Assembly: GCA_963704725.1 (NCBI GenBank)
Contig: OY969934.1
Span: 1,440,001 to 1,504,000, forward strand
Source: an uncultured Actinomycetes bacterium
GTDB lineage: Bacteria; Actinomycetota; UBA4738; HRBIN12
DNA: 64,000 nt
Reading direction: 5' to 3'
The position numbers and the translations under genes are program-made. Positions 24,975 through 33,564 of this stretch are shown here, piece by piece. Under the pieces are notes generated by a model. The model saw only the letters and a list, made by a program, of their open reading frames with translations, did not search any database and had not been told where the DNA came from. The number at the start of each line of letters is the position of its first letter. Position 1 is the stretch's first letter.

Positions 24975-26219
24975 ATGCGCACCACCACCACCACAGCATC
25001 CAGGAGCGCCGTCCGCCGGCTCGCCCTGGCCCGCCTGATCTCGCTCACGGGCGGCGCGGCCGCGTTCGCGGCGCTGAACTTCACGATCTACGACCGCACG
25101 CACTCGCCCGCCTGGCTCTCGGCCTCCCTGCTCCTGACGTTCGGGGTGGGCGGGCTGTTCGCACCGCTGGGAGGTGCCCTGGGCGACCGCTTCGACCGTC
25201 GACGCGTGATGATCGCCTCCGATCTCGCCGGGATGGTGTGCTTCGGAGCCATGGCGTTCGTCCGGGATCCGGGCGTGCTGCTCGCGATCGGGTTCGTCAC
25301 CGCGGTCGTCGAGTCGCCGTTCTGGTCGGCCTCGGCCGCGGCGATCCCCAACCTGGTCGCCGAGCAGGATCTGGCGTGGGCCAACGGTCTCGTCCAGATG
25401 GGCGGCAACGCCGGGATCATGCTCGGGCCCGCCATCGGAGGCGCGGTGCTCGCCGCCACAGGTCCGGGCCCGGTCTTCGCCGCCAACGCGGTCTCGTTCG
25501 CCATCTCCGCGGCCCTCGTCGCGACGGTGCACGGGCGCTTCTCCGAGGAGCCCGGCGCGCACGCCGACGAGCACCGCGGTCTGCGGGCCGGGTTCGTGTT
25601 CATCGCGCGGGACCGCGTGCTGCGCACGATCGTGCTGGCGTGGGTCGTGTTCGTCCTCGGCCTGGGCATGGTCATGGTGGCGGACGTCCCGCTCGCGGAG
25701 CTGTTCGGCACGGGCGCGACCGGCTACGGCCTGATCTTCGCGGCGTGGGGGGCCGGGTCGGTCCTCGGATCGCTCTCGGGCCGGTGGCTGAACGAGCGGA
25801 CCGAGCTTCCGGCCCTGGTGGTGGGCACCGTGGTGATCGCGGTCACGACCGCCGGCGTCTCGGTCTCGCCGTGGTTCGCACTCGTGCTCGGGCTCGTGCT
25901 GCTGGCCGGGATCGCCGACGCGTTGACGATGGTCGCCGAGACCGGGATCCAGCAGCGCCGCACGCCGGACGCCGTCCGCAGCCGCGTCTCGGCGGCGTCG
26001 GAGGCCGTGATCCACCTCGCGCTCGCGGGCGGATTCGTGCTCGGGGGGCCCGCGCTGCAGGCGCTCGGGCCGCGCGGCGTCTACGCGGTGGGTGGGGGCC
26101 TCGGGCTGGTCGGCGCGACGGTGCTGTTGCCGATCCTGCGCGGCGGCCGTCCCGGCGCGCCGGTGCCGGTTGCCGGCGAGCCCGCCCCGGCCGAGATGGT
26201 GCTCGAGGGGGTTTCGTGA
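24975..26219 (+). CDS. MFS transporter (DHA3/macrolide-efflux-like), copy 1
   Basis: Motif A GGALGDRFDRRRVM, AAIPNLV, QRRTPDAVRSR; about 12 TM. Confidence 0.9.
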   Translation: MRTTTTTASRSAVRRLALARLISLTGGAAAFAALNFTIYDRTHSPAWLSASLLLTFGVGGLFAPLGGALGDRFDRRRVMIASDLAGMVCFGAMAFVRDPGVLLAIGFVTAVVESPFWSASAAAIPNLVAEQDLAWANGLVQMGGNAGIMLGPAIGGAVLAATGPGPVFAANAVSFAISAALVATVHGRFSEEPGAHADEHRGLRAGFVFIARDRVLRTIVLAWVVFVLGLGMVMVADVPLAELFGTGATGYGLIFAAWGAGSVLGSLSGRWLNERTELPALVVGTVVIAVTTAGVSVSPWFALVLGLVLLAGIADALTMVAETGIQQRRTPDAVRSRVSAASEAVIHLALAGGFVLGGPALQALGPRGVYAVGGGLGLVGATVLLPILRGGRPGAPVPVAGEPAPAEMVLEGVS

Positions 26220-27457
26220 GCACTCGCCCCCGCACGGCCGTTCGCCGGCTCGCCGCCGGCCGCCTCATCTCGGTGACCGGCGGCGCGGCGGCCTACACGG
26301 CGCTGAACTTCACGGTGTGGAACGTGACCCGCTCCCCGTGGATGCAGTCGCTGTCGCTGCTGCTCACGTTTGGCGTCTCCGGGTTCCTGCAGCCGTTCGC
26401 CGGCGCGCTGGGGGATCGGTTCGACCGGCGCCGCGTGATGGTGCTGTCCGAGGGGATCGCGGCCGCGTTCTTCACGGCGATGGCCTTCGTCCACGACCCG
26501 GGGATCCTCATCGCGCTCGCGTTCGGGTCGGCGATCGCGGAGCTGCCGTTCCTCACCGCCTCCCGGGCCGCGATCCCGAACCTCGTGGAACGGCCCGAGG
26601 ACATCTCGTGGGCCAACAGCCTCCTGACGGTCGGCATCCACGCCGGCATCGCGGTGGGGCCGCTGATCGGCGGTGTCCTGCTCGGGCTGGCAGGGCCGCA
26701 GTGGGTCTTCGGGATCAACGCGATCTCGTTCGCCGTCTCGCTGCTGATCACGCTCACGGTGCACGGACGGTTCCAGCAGGATCGCGAGGCGAGCGAGGAG
26801 CACGGCGGCCTCGCGGCCGGGATCACGTTCCTGCGGCGCGACCCCGTGCTGCGGCGCCTGTCCGCGGCGTGGTTCGTGTTCGTCCTCGGGATGGGGATGA
26901 GCATGGTCGCCGACGCTCCCCTGGCGACGTCGTTCGGCGCGGGTGGGATGGGCTTCGGCCTCCTGATCGCCTGCTGGGGGGGCGGCTCGGTGCTCGGGTC
27001 CGCGGCGGGCCGCTGGATGAACGCCCGGACCGAGCCGGTGTGGCTCGTGATCGGCTCGTTCGGGATCGCGGCCACGGCCTTCGGCGTGGGGTTCGCGCCG
27101 GTGTTCCCGTTCGCGCTCGGGGCGCTGCTGGTGATGGGGATGTGCGACGGCCTCACGATCGTCTCGGAGAACAGCATCATGCAGCGCCGGACCCCGGACG
27201 CGGTGCGGAGCCGGACGATGGCCGCGTTCGAGGCCCTGCTCTCCATCGGGCTCGTGGTGGCGTACCTGGTCGCCGGACCCGTGCTCGGCGCCGTCGGCCC
27301 GCGGTGGATCTACCGGATCGGCGGGCTGTCCGCGGCGGCGGCGGCCATCATGCTGGTGCCGATGCTGCGGCTCCGGCGGGTGGAGGAGCAGGCACCTCCG
27401 GAGGTCGCCGTACCGGCTCCGGAGGCGACCGAGGTCGCGACCGAGCAGGTCTCGTGA
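26216..27457 (+). CDS. MFS transporter (DHA3-like), copy 2
   Basis: GTGA-coupled paralog of the previous gene: GALGDRFDRRRVM, AAIPNLV, QRRTPDAVRSR. Confidence 0.9.
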   Translation: MSTRPRTAVRRLAAGRLISVTGGAAAYTALNFTVWNVTRSPWMQSLSLLLTFGVSGFLQPFAGALGDRFDRRRVMVLSEGIAAAFFTAMAFVHDPGILIALAFGSAIAELPFLTASRAAIPNLVERPEDISWANSLLTVGIHAGIAVGPLIGGVLLGLAGPQWVFGINAISFAVSLLITLTVHGRFQQDREASEEHGGLAAGITFLRRDPVLRRLSAAWFVFVLGMGMSMVADAPLATSFGAGGMGFGLLIACWGGGSVLGSAAGRWMNARTEPVWLVIGSFGIAATAFGVGFAPVFPFALGALLVMGMCDGLTIVSENSIMQRRTPDAVRSRTMAAFEALLSIGLVVAYLVAGPVLGAVGPRWIYRIGGLSAAAAAIMLVPMLRLRRVEEQAPPEVAVPAPEATEVATEQVS

Positions 27458-27487
27458 CCACGCGCCGCAGGAGCTGAGCGCCACGGC

Positions 27488-27503
27488 TTGAACGGTCGTT
27501 CAA
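27488..27503. promoter_or_regulatory. Palindromic operator TTGAACG-GT-CGTTCAA
   Basis: Perfect 7-bp inverted repeat 22 nt upstream of the oxidoreductase start. Confidence 0.6.
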
Positions 27504-27525
27504 ACCCGTGGTTCGATACGGGTCC

Positions 27526-29136
27526 GTGGCCTCGAACTCCTACAGCGCGATCGTGATCGGCGGCGGGCACAACGGGCTCGTCGCCGCGGCCTACCTGGCC
27601 AGGGCCGGGGCCCGCGTCGTCGTGTGCGAGGCCCGGCACAAGACCGGCGGGGCCGCCGCCACCGATCAGCCGTGGCCCGACTACCCCGAGTTCAAGGTCA
27701 CGACGCTCTCGTACGTCATGAGCCTGATGCCGGACACGATCCTTCGCGACCTCCGGCTCGAGCGGCACGGGTACCGGGTCCACCCCGTCGGGCCGTACGT
27801 CGTGCCCGTGTCAGACGGGCGGGTGCTCATCGAGTACGACGAGCCGGCCCGCAACCGCGAGCAGTTCGCCCGGTTCTCCAAGCGGGACGCCGACGCCCTC
27901 GAGCGCTGGGACGCGTGGATCGGCGGGTTGGCCGCGGTGCTGGGGCCGCTCCTCATGACGACGCCGCCGAGAGTGGGGTCGCGCCGGCCCGGCGACCTGT
28001 TCGATCAGCTCCGGCTGGCGTGGCGCGTCAAGGGCCTGAACGTGCGGACCGTGGGCGAGGTCACGCGACTGATGACGATGTCGATCGACGACCTGCTCCG
28101 GCGGTTCTTCGAGTCCGAGGAGGTCATCGCCACGATGTCGATCAACGGGCTGATCGGGACGTGGGCGGGGCCTCGGGAGCCGGGCACCGGGTACGTCATG
28201 GCCCACCACTCGATCGGCGACGTCGGCGACGGCACGCTCGGCTCGTGGGGCGTGCCCGAGGGCGGGATGGGCGCGGTCGCGGAGGCGCTCGAGCGGAGCG
28301 CGCGATCCTTCGGCGCCGAGATCCGGACGAACGCCCGAGTCGAGCGGGTGCTGATCCGGGACGGCCGCGCGATCGGCGTCGCCCTCGACGGTGGCGAGGA
28401 GCTCCGCGCGCCGATCGTGGTCACCGCGTGCCACCCTCAGATCACGTTCCTGCGGCAGATCGATCGCTCGGAGCTGCCGAGCGAGTTCGTCCACGACCTC
28501 GAGCACTGGTCGAGCCGCTCGGGCGTGGTGAAGATCAACCTGGCGATCTCGAAGCTCCCGGTGCTCGCCGCCGATCCCGAGTGGAAGGACTTCAGCGGCG
28601 GGTTCGAGATCGCGCCCTCGATCGAGGATCTCGAGCGTTCCTTCGAGGAGGCGAGGGCGGGTGTGCCGTCCACGTTCCCGTTCAGCGACGGCGTGATCCC
28701 CACGACGCTCGATCCGTCGCTCGCGCCGCCGGGAGCTCACATCGTCTCGCTGTTCACGCAGTGGGTGCCGCACACGTGGTCGCAGGAACCGCACCGCGAC
28801 GAGCTCGAGGCGTACGCCGACCGCGTGATCGCCGCGTACGAGGACGCGGCGCCGGGGTTCCGCGAGTCGATCGTGGCCCGCCAGGTGCTCGGCCCGCACG
28901 ACCTGGAGACCGAGTGGGGCCTGATCGGCGGGAACATCTTCCACGGCGAGCTCTCGGCCGACCAGCTCTTCCACATGCGCCCGGCGCCCGGGTACGCGGA
29001 CTACCGCACACCGATCGCCGGCCTGTACCAGTGCTCGAGCGCGACCCACGCCGGCGGAGGCGTCTGCGGCATCCCCGCCTACAACTGCGTGCGCGAGATC
29101 CGCCGCGACCGGGCACGTCGGAGGATCCGTCGATGA
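27526..29136 (+). CDS. FAD-dependent oxidoreductase, phytoene dehydrogenase-like (COG1233)
   Basis: IGGGHNGLVAAAYLA, PEGGMG, GGNIFHGEL, YRTPIAGLYQC...THAGGGV. Confidence 0.9.
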   Translation: MASNSYSAIVIGGGHNGLVAAAYLARAGARVVVCEARHKTGGAAATDQPWPDYPEFKVTTLSYVMSLMPDTILRDLRLERHGYRVHPVGPYVVPVSDGRVLIEYDEPARNREQFARFSKRDADALERWDAWIGGLAAVLGPLLMTTPPRVGSRRPGDLFDQLRLAWRVKGLNVRTVGEVTRLMTMSIDDLLRRFFESEEVIATMSINGLIGTWAGPREPGTGYVMAHHSIGDVGDGTLGSWGVPEGGMGAVAEALERSARSFGAEIRTNARVERVLIRDGRAIGVALDGGEELRAPIVVTACHPQITFLRQIDRSELPSEFVHDLEHWSSRSGVVKINLAISKLPVLAADPEWKDFSGGFEIAPSIEDLERSFEEARAGVPSTFPFSDGVIPTTLDPSLAPPGAHIVSLFTQWVPHTWSQEPHRDELEAYADRVIAAYEDAAPGFRESIVARQVLGPHDLETEWGLIGGNIFHGELSADQLFHMRPAPGYADYRTPIAGLYQCSSATHAGGGVCGIPAYNCVREIRRDRARRRIRR

Positions 29137-30278
29137 GGGAGCCCTACTCGTTCCGGTTCTACACGGCGTCGTGGTACCGCCGCTCGCCGTACTGGCAGCG
29201 GACGGTCGAGGCCGGCTGCACGAGCTGGGACCTCTACAACCACATGCTGATCCCGACGCTGTACGACGACGACGAGACCGAGTACTGGCACTTGCTGAAC
29301 CACGTCACGCTGTGGGACGTCGCGGTCGAGCGGCAGGTGGAGATCACCGGGCCCGACGCGGCGCGGTTCACCCAGCTCCTCACGTGCCGGGACCTCTCGC
29401 GCTGCGAGGTGTTGCAGTGCAAGTACGCGCCGATCATCGCGCCGAGCGGCGGCATCGTGAACGACCCGATCCTGCTCCGCCTGGGCGAGAACCACTTCTG
29501 GCTCTCGCTCGCCGACTCGGATGCGCTGCTGTACGCGCTCGGGGTGCAGGCGTTCGCCGGGCTCGACGTGCAGATCCACGAGCCGGACGTCTCGCCGCTC
29601 CAGGTCCAGGGACCGATGAGCACCGACGTGATCCGGGACCTGTTCGGCGAGCAGGTCTCGGGTATGCGCTACTACCGGTGCTGGGAGGGCGAGCTCGACG
29701 GCATCCCCGTCGTGGTGTCGAGGACGGGGTGGACCGGCGAGGTCGGCTACGAGATCTACCTGCGGGACGGTTCCCAGGGGGTCGACCTGTGGGACCGCGT
29801 GATGGAGGCCGGCCAGCCGTACCGGATCCGCCCCATCGCGCCGAGCGACCAGCGCCGCCTCGAGGCCGGGATCTTCAACTACGGCAACGACATGACGGTG
29901 CAGGACACGCCGTACCACGTCTCGGGGATGGAGCGGCTCGTCGAGCTCGATGCGGACTTCATCGGCAGGAACGCGCTCGCGCGGATCGCCGAGGAGGGCG
30001 TCGACCGCAAGCTCGTCGGCGTTGAGTTCGGCGGCGAGCCGTTCCGCATGTGGCTCGACGACTTCTGGCCGGTGGCCGCCGAGGGCAACGTCGTGGGCCG
30101 CCTCACGAGCGCGAGCCACTCGTTCCGCCTGAGGAAGAACCTCGGCTACGCCTGGGTGCCGATCGCCCTGGCCGAGCCGGGCCATGACCTCGAGCTCGTC
30201 TCCCCCGACGGACCCGTGGCGGCGGTCACGGCCGCGCTGCCGTTCTGGGATCCCGCCAAGGAGGTTCCGAAGGGCTGA
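29133..30278 (+). CDS. GcvT-family THF-dependent aminomethyltransferase/demethylase, DmdA-like
   Basis: YNHMLIP, LWDVAVERQVEITGPDA, NDPILLRL, ADSD, SRTGWTGEVGYEI, RRLEAG. Confidence 0.88.
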   Translation: MREPYSFRFYTASWYRRSPYWQRTVEAGCTSWDLYNHMLIPTLYDDDETEYWHLLNHVTLWDVAVERQVEITGPDAARFTQLLTCRDLSRCEVLQCKYAPIIAPSGGIVNDPILLRLGENHFWLSLADSDALLYALGVQAFAGLDVQIHEPDVSPLQVQGPMSTDVIRDLFGEQVSGMRYYRCWEGELDGIPVVVSRTGWTGEVGYEIYLRDGSQGVDLWDRVMEAGQPYRIRPIAPSDQRRLEAGIFNYGNDMTVQDTPYHVSGMERLVELDADFIGRNALARIAEEGVDRKLVGVEFGGEPFRMWLDDFWPVAAEGNVVGRLTSASHSFRLRKNLGYAWVPIALAEPGHDLELVSPDGPVAAVTAALPFWDPAKEVPKG

Positions 30279-30323
30279 CGGCGGGCCGGTGCACGAGTCC
30301 CTCGCCTTCGGGATGATAGGGAC

Positions 30324-30866
30324 GTGGATTCCCTCGGAGGATCGCTCCTCATCGCCGGGCCCGGGCTGTGGGACCCCAACTTCCGTCGCACCGTGGTGCT
30401 GATCGGGCACCACGACGAGGAGGGGGCGGTCGGCGTGGTGCTGAACCGCGCCACCGAGGTCGAGGTGGCCACCGCGGCGCCCCCGCTGGCCGGGCTGGTG
30501 GGACCGGGGGAGCGGCTGTTCGTGGGCGGGCCGGTGCAGCCGCAGTCGGCCGTGGTCGTGGCCGACTTCGAGCACCCGGAGCGGGCCCAGGTCGTGGCGT
30601 TCGGGTCGATCGGCTTCCTCCCCGACGAGCTCGAGCCGGAGGACGTCGGAGAGCTCCGCAACGCCCGCGTGTTCGCGGGCTACGCCGGCTGGGGTCCCGG
30701 CCAGCTCGAGCAGGAGCTTGCGGAGGGCTCGTGGATCGTCGAGCCCGCCCGCCCCGACGACGTCTTCACGCCGGCCCCGGAGGAGCTGTGGAGCGAGGTC
30801 GTCCGGCGCAAGGGCCCGGAGTTCCGGCTCGTCGCCACGATGCCGCTCGACCCGTCGACGAACTGA
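30324..30866 (+). CDS. YqgE/AlgH family protein (UPF0301)
   Basis: DPNFRRTVVL, GVVLNR, GGPV, GYAGWGPGQLEQE, terminal PSTN. Confidence 0.93.
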   Translation: MDSLGGSLLIAGPGLWDPNFRRTVVLIGHHDEEGAVGVVLNRATEVEVATAAPPLAGLVGPGERLFVGGPVQPQSAVVVADFEHPERAQVVAFGSIGFLPDELEPEDVGELRNARVFAGYAGWGPGQLEQELAEGSWIVEPARPDDVFTPAPEELWSEVVRRKGPEFRLVATMPLDPSTN

Positions 30867-30872
30867 CCCGCC

Positions 30873-31100
30873 GTGACCTACGCGAACATCCTGGTGCGTC
30901 GAGCGGAGGGCGGTGTCGAGACCTTCGGGGACCTGGACGCCGCGCGGAAGGTCGCCCGCGACGGCGACGTCATCGTGAAGGCCCACCGAGGCGGACACGT
31001 CGAGTACGAGGCGGCCGTGAGCCGATCGGGCGGGCTCGTGTTCGTCGACCAGCCCCCGGGCTGGAAGCCCCGCATGCCGGTGTACCGCGGGCCCGGCTGA
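30873..31100 (+). CDS. Small hypothetical protein
   Basis: 75-aa ORF with typical codon bias filling the gap after the YqgE-family gene. Confidence 0.55.
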   Translation: MTYANILVRRAEGGVETFGDLDAARKVARDGDVIVKAHRGGHVEYEAAVSRSGGLVFVDQPPGWKPRMPVYRGPG

Positions 31101-31124
31101 CCGCCAGGACCCGGCGACTTAATG

Positions 31125-31158
31125 CATGTGCTGAGCATGAAGTAATGTGCTCCACATG
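31125..31158. promoter_or_regulatory. TA promoter/operator: -10 TAATGT plus repeated ATGTGCT boxes
   Basis: ATGTGCT at 31126 and 31145; palindromes TGCT-G-AGCA and ATGTG-CTC-CACAT; -10 at 31143-31148. Confidence 0.55.
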
Positions 31159-31383
31159 AAGATGATCCAGATCCGAAACGTCCCCGACGACGTGCATCGG
31201 ACCCTGAAGATGCGCGCCGCCGCCAGCGGGCTCTCGCTGTCGGATTACCTCCTGCAGGAGATCGAGTCGAAGGCTCGGCGGCCGACGATCGAGGAGGTGC
31301 TGGCGCGGATCAAGGAGGCGGGATCGGTCCACCCGGCCGAGGACAGCGCGAGCGCGATCCGCTCGATCCGCGACGCCGAGTGA
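31156..31383 (+). CDS. vapB: Ribbon-helix-helix antitoxin (FitA/VapB-like)
   Basis: MIQIRNVPDDVHRTLKMRAAASGLSLSDYL; overlaps the PIN gene. Confidence 0.88.
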   Translation: MKMIQIRNVPDDVHRTLKMRAAASGLSLSDYLLQEIESKARRPTIEEVLARIKEAGSVHPAEDSASAIRSIRDAE

Positions 31384-31778
31384 TCGTCCTCGACGCATCC
31401 GCGGCGGTCGATCTCGTCCTCGATACCACCCCGCATTCGACCGAGGTGGCGGCGCATCTCCTGGAACACGCCGGCGAGGTTCACGCCCCGCACCTCCTCG
31501 ACGCGGAGGTGGGCCACGCGTTGCGTCGGTTCATGCTGCGTGATGCGATCGTGCCGGCGCGAGCCGAGCGAGCGGTCGAGTTCCTGCAGGATCTCGGCAT
31601 CATCCGGTACTCGCACGTGGGACTGCTCCCACGTGCGCTGAACCTGCGACGGAATCTCACCGTCTACGACGCCCTGTACGTTGCTCTCGCGGAGTTGCTC
31701 GAGGCTCCCCTCATGACGCGAGATGCGCGCCTCGCGCGATCGGCTCGCCGGCTCGTCGAGGTCGTCCTCATCCCATGA
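31380..31778 (+). CDS. vapC: PIN-domain toxin VapC
   Basis: IVLDAS, DAEV, TVYDALY, TRD; acidic catalytic residues intact. Confidence 0.92.
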   Translation: MIVLDASAAVDLVLDTTPHSTEVAAHLLEHAGEVHAPHLLDAEVGHALRRFMLRDAIVPARAERAVEFLQDLGIIRYSHVGLLPRALNLRRNLTVYDALYVALAELLEAPLMTRDARLARSARRLVEVVLIP

Positions 31779-32561
31779 CCGAGTCCGTGGGCTTCGACCG
31801 CGCCGCGGAGTTCTACGACCGCAGCCGTTCGATCTCCGACGAGGCCATGGCGCGGACCGTGGAGATCCTCCGGGCCGAGCTCCGTGGCCGCGGGCGCGTC
31901 CTCGAGGTCGGCGCCGGACACCGGGCTGCTCACCATCCCCCTCCACCGCGCGGGCGTCGAGGTCGTCGCTCTCGACCTGTCGGCCCCCATGCTGGGCAAG
32001 CTCGTCGAGAAGTCGGGCTCGAACCACGTCCCGGTCGTGCGGGGCGACGCGACGCGGATGCCGATCGGCGGCGGGGCGTTCGGGGGCGCCTACCTGCGGT
32101 GGGTCCTGCATCTGGTCCCGGACTGGCGCGCCGTGCTGCGCGAGGTCGTGCGCGTGGTCCGACCCGGTGGGGTGTTCCTGGTCAACCTCGGCGCCTACGG
32201 TGGCGCCCGGGAGGAGCTCCAGCGCCGGTTCGCCGAGATCGCGGGGGTCTCGATCGAGCCGGTCGGCCTCACTTGGGCCGGGTTCGACGGGCTGGTCGCC
32301 GAGATGACGGGCTACGGCGCCGCGCTCCGGCTCCTGCCGCAGATCCGGGAGGGCAGGAGGGGCACCCTGGCGGAGTTCCTGGACGGGATCGACGAGAACC
32401 TCTACTCGTGGACCTGGCCCGTCCCCGAGGACCTCCGGAGGCGGACGGCCACCGAGGTCCGCGCCTGGGCGAGGGAGCGGTTCGGGCCGCTGGAGGAGCC
32501 CGACACGTACGAGCACGCCACGTCGTGGCGGGCGTTCGACCTCCCGGGGTCCGTGCGATGA
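31775..32561 (+). pseudogene. Class I SAM-dependent methyltransferase with a one-base insertion near 31918
   Basis: FDRAAEFYDRSR...VLEVGAG in one frame continues as TGLLTIPL...DLSAPML...GDA...LHLV in the next frame. Confidence 0.85.
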
Positions 32562-33448
32562 GCTCCTGGGACGAGGTCGTCGACGCCGCCGAAGCGCACC
32601 GTCGCTTGGCATCGGCTCCGCCTCTGGAGCTCCTTGGATCCTCGGGCCCGCCGGAATCGCCGCTGGACCGCTTCGTGTATGCCCGGGCGCTCAGCCTGCT
32701 CGGTCGGGACTCCGAGGCGGCGAAGCTCCTGGGGGATCTCGCCGCCGAACACGAGGGAGACCGGTCCATCCGGTTGGCCCTGATCATGGCGGAGGCCCGC
32801 GCGGGGATCCGCGACCCGATCGCGGTTGCCAACGAGGTCTGGGACCGGGCCGACGAGTATCCCGAGCCCGCGGTGGCCAGGCAGTCCGCCGCGGCGCTCG
32901 CCGTCTCGAAGACCAGGCACGGCACGGCCGCGCACCGGTTCGCCCTCGACCGGCTCGGCGCATCCGTCGAGGAGACGCTCCGGACCCATCCGGACGACCT
33001 CTCCGCGCTCGCGCTTGGAGCCTTGGCTGACGGCGACCGTAGGCGCGTCGGCCCTGCTCGGGAACGGCTGGATCGGCTCCGCAACCTGGGGATGCCGCCG
33101 TGGCCCTGGGTGTGGTCGGTCGACGCGCTCGTCGCCGGCCGGGGCCACCAGGAGCGGCGCCGGGTCGCGTCGTGGCGGCGAGCCGAGGAGCTGCTCGGGC
33201 GGCGCCCGCGGTGGGTCCGCTACTGGCTGACCCGGTCCTTGTCGCTCGCCGCAGTCGTCGTCCTCGTGATCTGGTTCGCCGCGATCGCCACCGACGACCT
33301 CTTCCTCCTCGGCCTCTCGCTCGTCGCGTACGCCCCGATTCCCATAGTGAGCGCGATGGGTGGGGCACCGTGGACGCGAATGGCATGGGCCGCGGCCGGC
33401 GGCGCGTCGCTCGTCGGCGGCTTCCTCCTGTTCCGGGTCTACGGATAG
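32558..33448 (+). CDS. Hypothetical membrane protein (helical/TPR-like N-terminus, C-terminal TM segments)
   Basis: ATGA-coupled start; 3-4 hydrophobic segments at the C-terminus. Confidence 0.65.
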   Translation: MSSWDEVVDAAEAHRRLASAPPLELLGSSGPPESPLDRFVYARALSLLGRDSEAAKLLGDLAAEHEGDRSIRLALIMAEARAGIRDPIAVANEVWDRADEYPEPAVARQSAAALAVSKTRHGTAAHRFALDRLGASVEETLRTHPDDLSALALGALADGDRRRVGPARERLDRLRNLGMPPWPWVWSVDALVAGRGHQERRRVASWRRAEELLGRRPRWVRYWLTRSLSLAAVVVLVIWFAAIATDDLFLLGLSLVAYAPIPIVSAMGGAPWTRMAWAAAGGASLVGGFLLFRVYG

Positions 33449-33564
33449 GCCGGAGACCTCCCCTGATCGGGCGAACGGAGCGCCCTGGCCAGCGGGTATC
33501 CTTCCCGGCGAACCGCCCCGGAACGTCGGGCGGGAGCGTCCACACCGCCACACAGGAGGACCCG

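Noticed and set aside
27526-29136. Carotenoid biosynthesis gene crtI
   Set aside because: No crtB/crtE nearby; motifs and the GcvT-like partner fit the non-carotenoid COG1233 branch.
31775-33448. 557-aa methyltransferase-membrane protein fusion
   Set aside because: Artefact of the one-base insertion near 31918 joining two separate genes through an off-frame segment.
33450-33560. Glycine-riboswitch-like or ilv attenuator upstream of ilvE
   Set aside because: Only a GGAGA fragment matches; there is no CTCTCAGG core and no Ile/Leu/Val-rich leader peptide.
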